Below the pieces are notes generated by a model. It was not told where the DNA came from. It did not search any database and was given only the letters and a program-made list of their open reading frames with translations. DNA of 64,000 nt from a virus. Position 1 is the first letter of the stretch. Every line of letters starts with the position of its first letter. Location: positions 9,424 through 73,423 of IMG/VR virus record IMGVR_UViG_3300048592_000616; one strand, written 5' to 3'. The translations under genes and the position numbers were made by a program. Positions 27,607 to 37,526 of this stretch are shown piece by piece.

Positions 27607-27852
27607 ATGACCGTCCGCTACAACCGCAACCAGCGCCGATGGTGGGCCGACGACGGCCGGTGGACCGTCTGGGAGAACCGACGGCCGATCGAGGGCGGCA
27701 TGGGCGGGTACACGGCCGTGGACTACGTGAATAACGATGTGTGGCGCGGGCTACTGACGCTGGGCGAGGCCCTGGTGACGGTCGCCCCGGCCGACGACGT
27801 GCAAGCGGCGCTGGCTTTGACATTCCCCAAGGAGACAGAGAGCGATGGATGA
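27607..27852 (+). CDS. Hypothetical protein
   Basis: ORF overlaps the next gene. Confidence 0.5.
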   Translation: MTVRYNRNQRRWWADDGRWTVWENRRPIEGGMGGYTAVDYVNNDVWRGLLTLGEALVTVAPADDVQAALALTFPKETESDG

Positions 27853-28216
27853 CAGTGCGCAGTTTGAGTACGACGTGGTGTGGCAGTTGGCCGAGCTGAA
27901 CCGCCGACTGAACGCCGATCTGCAACGGGAGCGCGTCCGGCGCATCGCGGCCGAGACGGTGCTGGCGCAGAACGGCATCGAGATCGCCCGCATCCGCTAC
28001 GGCGGTGAGGAGGTCGAACACGGCGACCCGGTGACGGTCGTCGCCGTGGAGCGGGAGAGCGACGGGGCCGACGACCGGCCGCTGCCGGAGGCGCAGTACG
28101 AGACGGCCGACGGCGACGGGTACACCGAGGCGATCAACCGGGGTGACGTGGACCCCACGTGGCCGGGTGCGCCCGCCTTCCTCGAAGAGCTGAAGCGGGC
28201 CGGGGTGGTGTGGTGA
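27845..28216 (+). CDS. Hypothetical protein
   Basis: RBS AAGGAG; coupling. Confidence 0.55.
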   Translation: MDDSAQFEYDVVWQLAELNRRLNADLQRERVRRIAAETVLAQNGIEIARIRYGGEEVEHGDPVTVVAVERESDGADDRPLPEAQYETADGDGYTEAINRGDVDPTWPGAPAFLEELKRAGVVW

Positions 28217-28361
28217 TGGGCAAGAATGGACATGATAGCAAAATTCCAGTGCCGCCAAGCCCAAACACGACAGAGATAAGGACCGGCGGGGCGGTTGGTT
28301 GGGAGCTGGCCGTGCTGGTTGCCGTGGCGCTAATGGTGTTGAAGATGCTGGGGGCGTGGTG

Positions 28362-28988
28362 ATGGGTGGCGGCGACATGGTCAGCGGCGCGCCCGCGGCC
28401 GTCAACGGCGGCCTCATTGTCGGCCGGGAGCTGCGCGAGTTGGTCATGGAGGCCATCGACCTGGCGATACCCACTCAGAAGCGGACCAACAACGTGCCCT
28501 CGTGGGGGCTGGGACCGGCCGGGTACGACGTGCGGTTGCGGCAGTTGATGGTGCGGCAGTTCGCCCTCGCCGACCCCGGCGAGGCGGCCGATCCGCAGCT
28601 CATCGACCCGATGGACGACAGCCAGGGACCGTACATCTCGCTGCCCATCGGCGTCGCCAAAGACGGCCGCGACTACGTGATCATCAGCCCCCGCGCGGCC
28701 GTGTATGCCGAGACGGTCGAGGCGTTCGACATCCCCGACGACGTGCTCGTCCTGCCGGTCGGCAAGTCCACCTACACCCGGCACGGGCTGGCGCTGCTGG
28801 CGACGCCGTTTGAACCGGGCTGGCGCGGCTGGCCGCGGGTGACACTGGTCAACACCACCGACCGGCCGATCAAGTATTACCTCGGCGGCGGCGGGATGCA
28901 GTGTCTGTTCTTCCGCGTCCCCGGCGCGACGGCCTACGACGGCCGTTATCAGGATCAGCAACCGACCCAGGATGGCCGAAGCGCGTAA
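28362..28988 (+). CDS. dcd: dCTP deaminase
   Basis: SWGL..AGYDVRL, ETVE.FDIPDDV, GKSTYTRHGL, TPFEPGWRG, Y.GRYQ. Confidence 0.85.
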   Translation: MGGGDMVSGAPAAVNGGLIVGRELRELVMEAIDLAIPTQKRTNNVPSWGLGPAGYDVRLRQLMVRQFALADPGEAADPQLIDPMDDSQGPYISLPIGVAKDGRDYVIISPRAAVYAETVEAFDIPDDVLVLPVGKSTYTRHGLALLATPFEPGWRGWPRVTLVNTTDRPIKYYLGGGGMQCLFFRVPGATAYDGRYQDQQPTQDGRSA

Positions 28989-31752
28989 CTTGCTGGACCC
29001 CGCGGCGTGGAAGGATCGAGCGGCCTACGACCGCTGGATGGCCGAGGCGCGCGCCGATGCCGCGGCGTTGAAGTCCACCGGCTGGCGACCGGCGGCCGAC
29101 AACTGGCGCAAGCGCATCCCGGCCATCTTCGCGCCGTATCTGTGGCACCCGTTCTCCGATCCCCACATCGAGCTGTGGGACTGGGCGGCGGCCGTTGAGC
29201 GCGACACGTCCCCGCGGCCGTTCGTGGCCATCTGGCCACGGGGTAGGGGCAAGTGCCTGGACGGAGATACTCCGATACAAATGGCCGACGGGCAGCGAGT
29301 CCCCATCCGGGACGTCCAGGTGGGAGATCGCGTCGTATCATGGGACGCGGCCGCGGGAGACTTTGCGCCACGGCCCGTCACCCGGAAATGGGATAGCGGC
29401 AGCAAGCCATGCATTCGCGTGAAAACGACGACGCGCGAGATTACGCTTACTCCGGCGCATCGAGTGCTTACTTTCAACGGATGGAAAACGGCCGGGGAGC
29501 TTGAGCCCGGGGATCGCATTGCCTCACCAAGGAGGATACCGCTTGAGCGGGCGGCGGCGCGACCGATTGAGGAAGCCAAGCTGCTGGCCTATATGATCGC
29601 CGAGGGTGGCTGCGGGCCAAATGCCGGCACTCCACTTTTTACAAATTTTGACGAGCCGGTCGTGGAAGACTCTAAGCGATGCGCGGCGGCCGTTGGGCTT
29701 ACCGTGAACGACAGGGCGCGACAGGGGCATTACAGCCTGACGAATGGTGGTTTGCAATGGACGAAAGATCAAGGGATCGCGGGACATCTGGCATTGACGA
29801 AGCGCGTCCCTCAGTGGGTATTCGGGCAGCCGGAAGCGCATCGCTGGGCCTTCTTATCGGCCATGATGGATACCGATGGCTGGTTCTCCTGTGACCGTGG
29901 CGGGATTACCCTCGCTAACGAGGGACTTATTGATGACCTGCGGACGATATTTCTATCGGTCGGCATTTACGGGAACGTTATATTTAAGAAGAACGACTTC
30001 GCCAGCGCGTGGCAGTTTGAGATGGATCAGGAGTGCCTGTCGCTTGCCCTTCACAAAATGGTGATGATAAACAAGACCGGTCGGTTGAGGGAGGTGCTCA
30101 AAACCAATCGCTATAGCTTGATCGATACATACCCCAAAGAGATACTCCGAAACTTACCGAAGGGGATGAATCGCGCGTTGCGAAATAAGTATGGGCTGCG
30201 GGCGACGACGTCGTACGCCGTAACGCGGCCGAAACTGCGGCGGGCCATCAAAGCCTTCCCTCTTGATCGGTGGGTTCAACTTGAGAGCCAGCCTATATTT
30301 TGGGACGCGGTCTCGTCAATCGAGGAGGCCGGAACCCGGCCGACTTATGATATCGAGGTGGCCGGTACTCACAACATGATCAGCGGCGGGCTGATCACTC
30401 ATAACAGCACGGCGGCCGAAATGGTCACGGTGGACTGGGGTGGCCGGGGGGCGCGACGGTACATCCTATACTGCAGCGAGACGCAGGACCAGGCCGACAA
30501 ACACATCGCCACCATCCAGCGCATGCTCGAGCGCGAGGCGGCCGAAGCGTACCCCAACTCCGTCGGGCGGCCGCGCATCGGCAAGCACGGCAGCAAGACG
30601 TGGCGGCGCGAGGTGATGACCACAGTCTCAGGGTTCACGGTCGAGGCCATCGGTCTCGACAAAGCCGTTCGGGGACAGAAGATCGACTGGGCGCGACCGG
30701 ACGGGATCATCCTCGACGACGTGGACGCCCGGCACGACACCGAGAACGCCGTCCGCAAGAAGATCGAGACGATCACCGGCAGCATCCTCCCGGCCGGTGC
30801 GTCCAACTGCGCGGTGCTGTTCGTGCAGAACCTCATTCATGAGAACAGCATCGCCCACATGCTCAGCAAGCGGCCGGGCACGCCCGGCGCGGCCGACTTT
30901 TTGGCCAACCGCATCATCAGCGGCCCCCACCCGGCGATGGAAGGGTTGCAGTACGAGTACCAGGCCGACGCCGAGGAAGGGCGGCACTGGGTGATCACGG
31001 CCGGTCGCTCGCTGTGGCGCGGGTTCGATGTGGCCGTGTGCCAGGAGGAGATCAACCGCGCCGGGCCGACATCGTTTGAGTTGGAGAGCCAGCACGAGGT
31101 CGATACGGCCGATCCGCAGGCGCTGCTGACGCCGGAGCAGCTCGACGCGACGCGGGTGTTCACCCAGCCCGACCTGGCGCGCATCGTCATCGGCGTGGAC
31201 CCATCGGGCGGCACCGGCCAAGTCGGCATCGTCGGAGTGGGAACGGCCGTGCTGGGCAAGGTGACGCACGGGTACACCGTCGCCGACAACTCGACTCCGG
31301 CGGGGACGGGATCGGCCGAGTGGGCGGCGGCCGTGTTGCGGCTGTACTACGCCCTCGGGGCCGACGCCGTCGTCGTCGAGACGAACTTCGGCGGCGACAT
31401 GGCGGCCGAGAACATCCGCGCCGTCCGGTTGACCGGGCCGGACGGGGAGCTGCTCGTGGATGGGAAAGACGTGGCTATCGTCCAGGTGTGGGCCAGCCGG
31501 GGCAAGGAAGTCCGGGCGCAACCCGTGGCCACGCTGTTCCAGCTCGGCAAGGCCCACCACGTCGGCCACTACCCGGAGCTGCAGAAACAGTGGACGCGCT
31601 GGGTGCCGGGGACCAAGCCCAGCCCGGACCGGATGGACGCCGAGGTGTGGGGGTATACGTACCTCATGCTGGGCGAAGGGATCAAGGGGAGCGGCGAACG
31701 GCCGACGGCCAGCAAGGGGCGCGTCGTCAGGGCCGAAGACCTGTTTGGGTAA
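28972..31752 (+). CDS. terL: Terminase large subunit containing an intein
   Basis: PRGRGK/S Walker A, RPDGIILDD Walker B, RNase H-like nuclease IGVDPS, VETNFGG, SPDRMDA. Confidence 0.92.
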   Translation: MAEARNLLDPAAWKDRAAYDRWMAEARADAAALKSTGWRPAADNWRKRIPAIFAPYLWHPFSDPHIELWDWAAAVERDTSPRPFVAIWPRGRGKCLDGDTPIQMADGQRVPIRDVQVGDRVVSWDAAAGDFAPRPVTRKWDSGSKPCIRVKTTTREITLTPAHRVLTFNGWKTAGELEPGDRIASPRRIPLERAAARPIEEAKLLAYMIAEGGCGPNAGTPLFTNFDEPVVEDSKRCAAAVGLTVNDRARQGHYSLTNGGLQWTKDQGIAGHLALTKRVPQWVFGQPEAHRWAFLSAMMDTDGWFSCDRGGITLANEGLIDDLRTIFLSVGIYGNVIFKKNDFASAWQFEMDQECLSLALHKMVMINKTGRLREVLKTNRYSLIDTYPKEILRNLPKGMNRALRNKYGLRATTSYAVTRPKLRRAIKAFPLDRWVQLESQPIFWDAVSSIEEAGTRPTYDIEVAGTHNMISGGLITHNSTAAEMVTVDWGGRGARRYILYCSETQDQADKHIATIQRMLEREAAEAYPNSVGRPRIGKHGSKTWRREVMTTVSGFTVEAIGLDKAVRGQKIDWARPDGIILDDVDARHDTENAVRKKIETITGSILPAGASNCAVLFVQNLIHENSIAHMLSKRPGTPGAADFLANRIISGPHPAMEGLQYEYQADAEEGRHWVITAGRSLWRGFDVAVCQEEINRAGPTSFELESQHEVDTADPQALLTPEQLDATRVFTQPDLARIVIGVDPSGGTGQVGIVGVGTAVLGKVTHGYTVADNSTPAGTGSAEWAAAVLRLYYALGADAVVVETNFGGDMAAENIRAVRLTGPDGELLVDGKDVAIVQVWASRGKEVRAQPVATLFQLGKAHHVGHYPELQKQWTRWVPGTKPSPDRMDAEVWGYTYLMLGEGIKGSGERPTASKGRVVRAEDLFG
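29254..30405 (+). mobile_element. Intein (384 aa) with LAGLIDADG homing endonuclease
   Basis: Starts CLDGDT, block B TPAHR, LAYMIAEG and FLSAMMDTDG motifs, ends YDIEV...THN followed by Ser; lower GC. Confidence 0.93.
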
Positions 31753-31756
31753 ACCA

Positions 31757-31942
31757 ATGACGAAGACAACGGAAACAGACCTTTACAACGAAGCACTCGC
31801 GGCCGCGGACCGGCTGCGGGCATTCATACAGGACCGATACGCCACGAAGTCAGTGACCCGGAAGAGCGCGGCCGAACTGCGCGATCTCATCCGGGCAGTC
31901 GATGCACTCCTGGCGGTCCTACCGGATGACCAGCAGCAGTGA
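31757..31942 (+). CDS. Hypothetical protein
   Basis: ATG just after the TerL stop. Confidence 0.45.
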   Translation: MTKTTETDLYNEALAAADRLRAFIQDRYATKSVTRKSAAELRDLIRAVDALLAVLPDDQQQ

Positions 31943-32171
31943 TGACATCTTCGGCGGCAACCGCGCGCCGGTCGCGGTTACCCACGGCAAGCCCGCGGCC
32001 GCGCGGCCGCCGCGCAAACCGGCCACCCGCGAGGAGAAGCTGGAGAAGTTCCTGCGGCGCATCGCTGGGTTGCAACCCGGCCGGTACGTCATCGTGATCA
32101 CCGTTTCAGCCACGGGCCTCCAGGACTGGAGCGTACAAGAAACAGGCAAAGTAGAAGGAGACAACATCTGA
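31926..32171 (+). CDS. Hypothetical protein
   Basis: Overlap coupling. Confidence 0.45.
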   Translation: MTSSSDDIFGGNRAPVAVTHGKPAAARPPRKPATREEKLEKFLRRIAGLQPGRYVIVITVSATGLQDWSVQETGKVEGDNI

Positions 32172-32530
32172 TGGCAGAAGGAACCGTGAAACTTATCAAA
32201 GACAGCGCCGGGCTGCGGACGGCCGGGGGGCGCGTGCTCCTCGACAGCGACGGACTGCATACGGCCGGGTTCCGGCTCGACCGTATGCTGGGGGAGGGTC
32301 CGTTCCCGCTCCCGGTGCGGGATGTGGTCGTCAAGGACATCTGGCCGGAGACGCGCCGGATCGTCTTCTGGGCGACGCAACCGGCGCTGGAGACCATCCG
32401 CGCCCGCGAGTTCGGCCGCCTGCGGCCGTGGGACCCGGAAGTGACCAGCCTGTGGGGTCTGGACGTATCGCCACTGTACGACTTCGACGCGGTGGCCGAC
32501 TACATCCAGCGCCTGGAAGACGGAGAGTAA
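32171..32530 (+). CDS. Hypothetical protein
   Basis: RBS AAGGAG, TGATG coupling. Confidence 0.6.
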   Translation: MAEGTVKLIKDSAGLRTAGGRVLLDSDGLHTAGFRLDRMLGEGPFPLPVRDVVVKDIWPETRRIVFWATQPALETIRAREFGRLRPWDPEVTSLWGLDVSPLYDFDAVADYIQRLEDGE

Positions 32531-32736
32531 CCAATGGCATCAAGAGTCAAACCAAGCAAGAAGCGCAAGACCCCGCGGCCGACCCGCCCGCCGCCACCAC
32601 GTCCGACCCCGCGCCCGACGACCCGCCCGCCGCCTAGCGCCGCCCCACACTGTATTACCATTGTATTACCCGCCGACGGCCGCTTATACGGCCGTCGGCG
32701 GGTTGCGTTTGGGGCAGGGCGGCCGGTTGCAGTTGG

Positions 32737-32765
32737 TTGACGGTTTGCGCGTTACGTGATATGAT
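32737..32765 (+). promoter_or_regulatory. Sigma70 promoter with TATG-N7-CATA operator
   Basis: TTGACG-N17-TATGAT, TG extension. Confidence 0.7.
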
Positions 32766-32811
32766 ACGGGCATACTTAACGAACGGCCGGGCGGCCGACT
32801 GGAGATAACCG

Positions 32812-33198
32812 ATGGCGAAGAAAACCTACACGATCCCTTTCCAAAACGGCACAACCCGCGTTGTGACCATGAGCGCCGTGGTTGGCGACGAGGTCTTTGG
32901 GGTGCACCGCAGCATCGACCGCAAGAAGGGCTGGACCCTGACACACCTACCGACCGGCCTCAAGCTGGCCTACCTCGATCTCAAGCGGACGGCCGTGGGC
33001 TGTGCGGAGAACCTGCTCCAGGAAGTGCCGGACGTGGACTGGTCGCTGGCCGACGGAGACGAGATGGTCGGTCGATACGGCCGTGACTTGAACGGCGCGG
33101 CCTACATCGTGAAGTGCTGGGAGGACGGCCGGATAACGGAGCCGATCACCGTCAAGCAGGCCAAGACCTGGGCCGAGAACCGGAACCCGCTGGGGTAG
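32812..33198 (+). CDS. Hypothetical protein
   Basis: RBS GGAG; WTLTHLPTG motif common in phage proteins. Confidence 0.6.
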   Translation: MAKKTYTIPFQNGTTRVVTMSAVVGDEVFGVHRSIDRKKGWTLTHLPTGLKLAYLDLKRTAVGCAENLLQEVPDVDWSLADGDEMVGRYGRDLNGAAYIVKCWEDGRITEPITVKQAKTWAENRNPLG

Positions 33199-33233
33199 CA
33201 AGTTAGTTCATAATAACCCATAAGGAGATACCG

Positions 33234-34184
33234 ATGAGTGACCTAGACTTTTTCAATGATGCGGCCGTAGACCCGGCCTTGTACGAAGCGGAGAAGGCCG
33301 TGCGCGTGTCCTTCCCGACGATCAGCTGGCAGGGGCAGCACGGCAGCCCCATCGTGGGCACGTGGGCGCTCGACGACAACGGCGGGGAGTTGCCCGGCCC
33401 GTTCTGGCGACGGGAGAAGGTCCAGTTTGGCGGCAACCCCAACAGCCCGTATGTGGACGCGATGCTGACCGAGCGCCTGCGCTGCTGCGTCCTGGGATTC
33501 CGGCAGCGGTGGTCGGCGACCGACCCCAACGGCACGGTCCACTGCTACCCCGACGCCACGCCGCCCAACCAGCGGCCGCAGGGACGGCCGCAGAGTCACC
33601 TGCAAGTGGCCGTGACCATGCCCGGCGACCCGACGGCCGTCTATGCCCTCGGCCTGAACGGCCCCAGCAAGACTAAGCCGTTCCTCAATGAGAACGACGG
33701 GGCGGAGAACGCCATGCCGCTCGGTGTGTGGCCTCGCCTGCGCCGCTATGCGGCGGCCGCCAGTGAGCAGCAGGGCCAGCGCATCCCGGCGCTGTGCACG
33801 TGGTGGATCGACCTCGTGCCTCACCGGGCCGCGGCCGGATCGCCCCGCGCCGGGGAGTTCATCTACGTCACCGAGGGCACCACGAAGGTCGCCCACATGC
33901 TGCCCTACGTGGCCGACCTGCGCACCGACCGCGACAAGGGCGGCGATGCCAACGACGGCACGGTCCACCACCCGCGCACGCGCTTTGTCGGCCGTGACTT
34001 GTTCACCGAGTATCAGCGCATCTACAAGGCGACGATCCGCGACTGGGCGGCCGAGTGGGATACGGCGTACACGGCCGAGCCGGAGGAAGACGGCGGCCCC
34101 TACCCGCCCGCCCCGGCCGCGTCCGGTCCCAGCCCTGCCGGACGACGGCCGTCGCCGCCGGAGCCGCCCGACGACTGGCTGTAG
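33234..34184 (+). CDS. Possible ssDNA-binding/annealing protein
   Basis: RBS TAAGGAG; beta-rich core with Pro/acidic tail ending DDWL. Confidence 0.4.
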   Translation: MSDLDFFNDAAVDPALYEAEKAVRVSFPTISWQGQHGSPIVGTWALDDNGGELPGPFWRREKVQFGGNPNSPYVDAMLTERLRCCVLGFRQRWSATDPNGTVHCYPDATPPNQRPQGRPQSHLQVAVTMPGDPTAVYALGLNGPSKTKPFLNENDGAENAMPLGVWPRLRRYAAAASEQQGQRIPALCTWWIDLVPHRAAAGSPRAGEFIYVTEGTTKVAHMLPYVADLRTDRDKGGDANDGTVHHPRTRFVGRDLFTEYQRIYKATIRDWAAEWDTAYTAEPEEDGGPYPPAPAASGPSPAGRRPSPPEPPDDWL

Positions 34185-34335
34185 GCAGTAAACCCGGCCG
34201 CCCGGCCCCCGCCAAACAGCAACATTTTGTAGACCAATTTATGAGATGTTGCTGTTTTTGTGTCGTTATGTGGTATGATATGTGCATACTAAACGAACGG
34301 GCACGGACCCGAAATTCAGACGGAGGTTAACTCTC

Positions 34336-34854
34336 ATGGCAACCAGATCATACGTCATCTTCCACAATGCGGCCGAAGGGTTCTACACCGGCGCGTACAT
34401 CCACTGGAGCGGCGCGCCGTTGCCGGGGGACTGGGTGGGCGGCATCCTGCAGGACCACTATCAGGACCCGGCCAAAATTCGCAAGGCCATCGCCCTGGGG
34501 TCATGCAGCATCCTGGCGGCCGATCCCGGCGACGAGGCCCACCCCTTCGAGGCGGCCAACGACTACGCGGATCGTGGGGTCAGCACGTACTACCGCCGCG
34601 ACCGGGGGGATGCGTGGGACCACACGGCCCCGCAGTGGTCGGGCGACTTGTACCCGATGCTGAACACGGCCTTGGAGGGGATGGGCTGCGAGTACGTCTA
34701 CCTGTGGACGGACCGGGGCGATGGCCCGCAGTGGTACTGGGCGGCGCTGTGCTGGGGCGACGTGTACGATGCGGAGTCGGTGCTGGACTGGGAGCCGCTC
34801 GGTCCGCACCTGGCGGCCGTCATTGCCGAAGAGGCGGCGCGGGACCAGATGTAA
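34336..34854 (+). CDS. Conserved phage hypothetical (MATRS...YxHxxGxP family)
   Basis: MATRS..., YIHWSGAP...G.IL.DHY, YYRRDRG, EYVYLW; RBS ACGGAGG. Confidence 0.65.
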   Translation: MATRSYVIFHNAAEGFYTGAYIHWSGAPLPGDWVGGILQDHYQDPAKIRKAIALGSCSILAADPGDEAHPFEAANDYADRGVSTYYRRDRGDAWDHTAPQWSGDLYPMLNTALEGMGCEYVYLWTDRGDGPQWYWAALCWGDVYDAESVLDWEPLGPHLAAVIAEEAARDQM

Positions 34855-35052
34855 CCCCCACCGCCCCCGGCGGCCGCCTGGAGAACGGCCGCCGGGGGCG
34901 CACCCCGTCAATTTGTTGAATCATTGGATCAATGCTATAATTGATCCCGTCGCAAGGTTCCGAACGGTTGCAGAGTCGGCCGGTCGGTTCCCCAGACGGT
35001 AACTGAATCATTTCGCCGGGCCATCATACCCGGCCGACGCCAGGACCACAGA

Positions 35053-35090
35053 AACACGGCACACCCTCAAGGTGTGCCGTGTTTTTTGTT
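35053..35090 (+). terminator. Intrinsic terminator in the leader of the head operon
   Basis: AAACACGGCACACC-ctcaa-GGTGTGCCGTGTTT-TTT. Confidence 0.8.
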
Positions 35091-35122
35091 TCCGGGTGAG
35101 CGAAGGGAACAGGGGGAAGTGA

Positions 35123-37450
35123 ATGAGTAGCAAGCAGAAGTTTCGCGAAGTCGTCGATGACGGCGTTTCGCTGCTTGAACAGACGGCCGATCGGCCGGGC
35201 CGACGCATTCGGGCTATCGGCGCGGTCGCGGACGTCGTCAACCGTAACGGGCGGCGCTATTCCTCAAGTGTACTCCGGGAGGCGGTCGAGCGGGCGCAAG
35301 CCAAGCTGAGCCGCTCCCTCGGTCACGGGAATGCACTCCTCGGTGAGGCCGACCATCCGCAAGACAACCGGCCGCGTGTACTGCTGACTGTGGTGAAGTG
35401 GGAGGACATTCAGTTCAACGAGACGACCCGTCAAGTTGAACTGGAGGGCCGTCTCATCGAGTCCAGCGCAGGCCGCGATCTCTTGGCTTTGATGGATGCG
35501 GAGCTTTACCCCGGCGTGTCGCTGCGCGGCTACGGGACCAGTGACTGGGTAGACGGGGACGACGGCGCGCTCGTCGAGGAAGTGACTTGGCTGGAGTTGA
35601 CCGGGTTTGACCTGGTCTTCGAGCAGAGTTTCCCCGAGGCGGCCGTGACGGTCCTGGAGCAGTCCGAAGAGAAAAACCAAGACGAGATCGAGGAAGGGGA
35701 GTCCAACATGGAAAAGAATGTGCAAGACCCGGTGGCCGAGCAGGCCGCCGCAGTTCCGGTCGTTCAGGATACGGAACTGGCTCGGAAGATGACCGAGACG
35801 ATGGAAAAGGCCCAGGCGGCCGAGAAGGCCCAGGCTGACGCTGAGAAGGCGCTGGCTGAGGCGAAGGCCCGCGAGGCCAAGCTGGCCGAGGAGAAGGCGG
35901 CGCTGGAAGCGGTGCGCGCTGAACTGGAGAAGGCGCAGCGCGAGCGCGAGATCGCCGAGGCGATCACCGAGGCCACGGCCAAGCTGCCGTATAGCCAGGC
36001 CATTAACGGCCGACTGACCGAAGCGGTGAAGGCCGCGCAGCCGCAGACGGCCGAGGCCGTGGCGGCCCTGGTCGAGGCCAAGCGCGCCGAGTACGACGCT
36101 ATCGTCGCCGCGGCCCGCGTGACGGCGCAGGGCGGCATCGCCGTTCTGGGTCCGGTGTTTGAGCGCGAGACGGGTCAGCCGGAGTTCGCTGTGCCCGCCT
36201 ACCAGCTGCAGGAGCAGATGGTCGCCCGCGGCCGTGCTGCCAAGCGCAACCTGGCGCAGGATGCGACGCGCGGCGGCCTGATGGCCCGCCAGATGCTGGA
36301 GTCGTTCGACAAGGCGTACCGCACGCAGTTGATCCAGGAGTCCAATGACCTGCGCCAGTGGCAGGAAGCGGAGTCCACGACCGATCTGAACCTGCCCTAC
36401 TCGGTGATGCGGACCATCATCCCCGAGGTGTACGCCGAACTGGTGGCCGCCAACGTCTTCGACGTGGCCACCATCGAGAACAGCCCGGCGCGGCTGTACT
36501 TCGAGAACTACGCCGCCGAGTCCGGCGCGGCCCCGGCCATCGTGGACGAGGTTGTGACGGCCGCTTTGGGTGGCTGGGTTGCCCTGGCCAACAAGCGCAT
36601 TCGCCCCGGCACGGTGGTCCTGACCAACTCCGGCGCGACGGTGACCTACGTCGAGAACACCGACTACGTGGTGGACTACGCCAACGGCCGTCTGTACGCG
36701 CTGACCGGCGGGGCCATCACCAACTCGCAGTCGCTGAAGATCGACTACACCTACGAGAAGGTGCGCGGCGGCGAGGGCGCGGGCATCCAGCGCGGCAAGG
36801 GCCAACTGTCCTTCCAGACCATCGAGACGGCCGCCGACCGGCTGGCCGCTCTGGTCAACGACGAGGCGATGACCTTCGCCCGAACGCAGCTGGGCTGGGA
36901 CGCGATGACGCGGACCATGGCGATGCTGACCCGCGAAATTCGCGAGTACATCGACCAGGGCATGATCCGTCTGGCCGTGGCCAACGCCATTGTCTCCGGC
37001 AACTCCGGCGGCACGTGGACGGCCTCGGGCGCGGACTACGGCGATCTGGTCGAGAAGCTGGGCACGGCCAAGGTGGCGGTCGAGAACGACTTCTACATGC
37101 CCGCCTACTTCCTGATGAGCAAGACCAACGCCGACCGCCTGTCCAACTGGACCGGCCTGACCCGCGACGGTTTCCCCGACGCGGTGCTGGGCGCGGCCGG
37201 TTTCGCCAACATGCAGATCAAGGGCCTGCCGGTGTTCTCCAGCGTCCACATGCCGGACAGCGTGATCGTTGTCGGCCACCCGGAACTGGTGCAGCACCGC
37301 GTGCTGGCCTCCAAGCCGCTGCATCTGGAAGGTCCGTTCCAGGGCTATTCCAGCGGCAACGTGACCGCGGCCAAGGAATGGTACGCGGAAGAGTACAACG
37401 CCACCGTGAGCCTGATCCCCAACAAGGGCGGGTTCGTCAAGGTCGCGTAG
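35123..37450 (+). CDS. Fused prohead protease / scaffold / major capsid protein
   Basis: NRNGRRY, LGEADHP, GVSLRGYG, FDLV (T4 gp21-like protease motifs); AEKA coiled coil; C-terminal capsid-like region. Confidence 0.85.
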   Translation: MSSKQKFREVVDDGVSLLEQTADRPGRRIRAIGAVADVVNRNGRRYSSSVLREAVERAQAKLSRSLGHGNALLGEADHPQDNRPRVLLTVVKWEDIQFNETTRQVELEGRLIESSAGRDLLALMDAELYPGVSLRGYGTSDWVDGDDGALVEEVTWLELTGFDLVFEQSFPEAAVTVLEQSEEKNQDEIEEGESNMEKNVQDPVAEQAAAVPVVQDTELARKMTETMEKAQAAEKAQADAEKALAEAKAREAKLAEEKAALEAVRAELEKAQREREIAEAITEATAKLPYSQAINGRLTEAVKAAQPQTAEAVAALVEAKRAEYDAIVAAARVTAQGGIAVLGPVFERETGQPEFAVPAYQLQEQMVARGRAAKRNLAQDATRGGLMARQMLESFDKAYRTQLIQESNDLRQWQEAESTTDLNLPYSVMRTIIPEVYAELVAANVFDVATIENSPARLYFENYAAESGAAPAIVDEVVTAALGGWVALANKRIRPGTVVLTNSGATVTYVENTDYVVDYANGRLYALTGGAITNSQSLKIDYTYEKVRGGEGAGIQRGKGQLSFQTIETAADRLAALVNDEAMTFARTQLGWDAMTRTMAMLTREIREYIDQGMIRLAVANAIVSGNSGGTWTASGADYGDLVEKLGTAKVAVENDFYMPAYFLMSKTNADRLSNWTGLTRDGFPDAVLGAAGFANMQIKGLPVFSSVHMPDSVIVVGHPELVQHRVLASKPLHLEGPFQGYSSGNVTAAKEWYAEEYNATVSLIPNKGGFVKVA

Positions 37451-37526
37451 TCTCGCCTCTGACATCTGATCGCCCGGCGGCCGGTTGCACACCGATCGGC
37501 CGCCGGGTTTGGAGAGTCCAACCACC

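Noticed and set aside
32534-32740. Basic Pro/Arg-rich 68-aa ORF with GACCCGCCCGCCGCC repeats
   Set aside because: Low complexity and runs into the next promoter; cannot tell coding from non-coding
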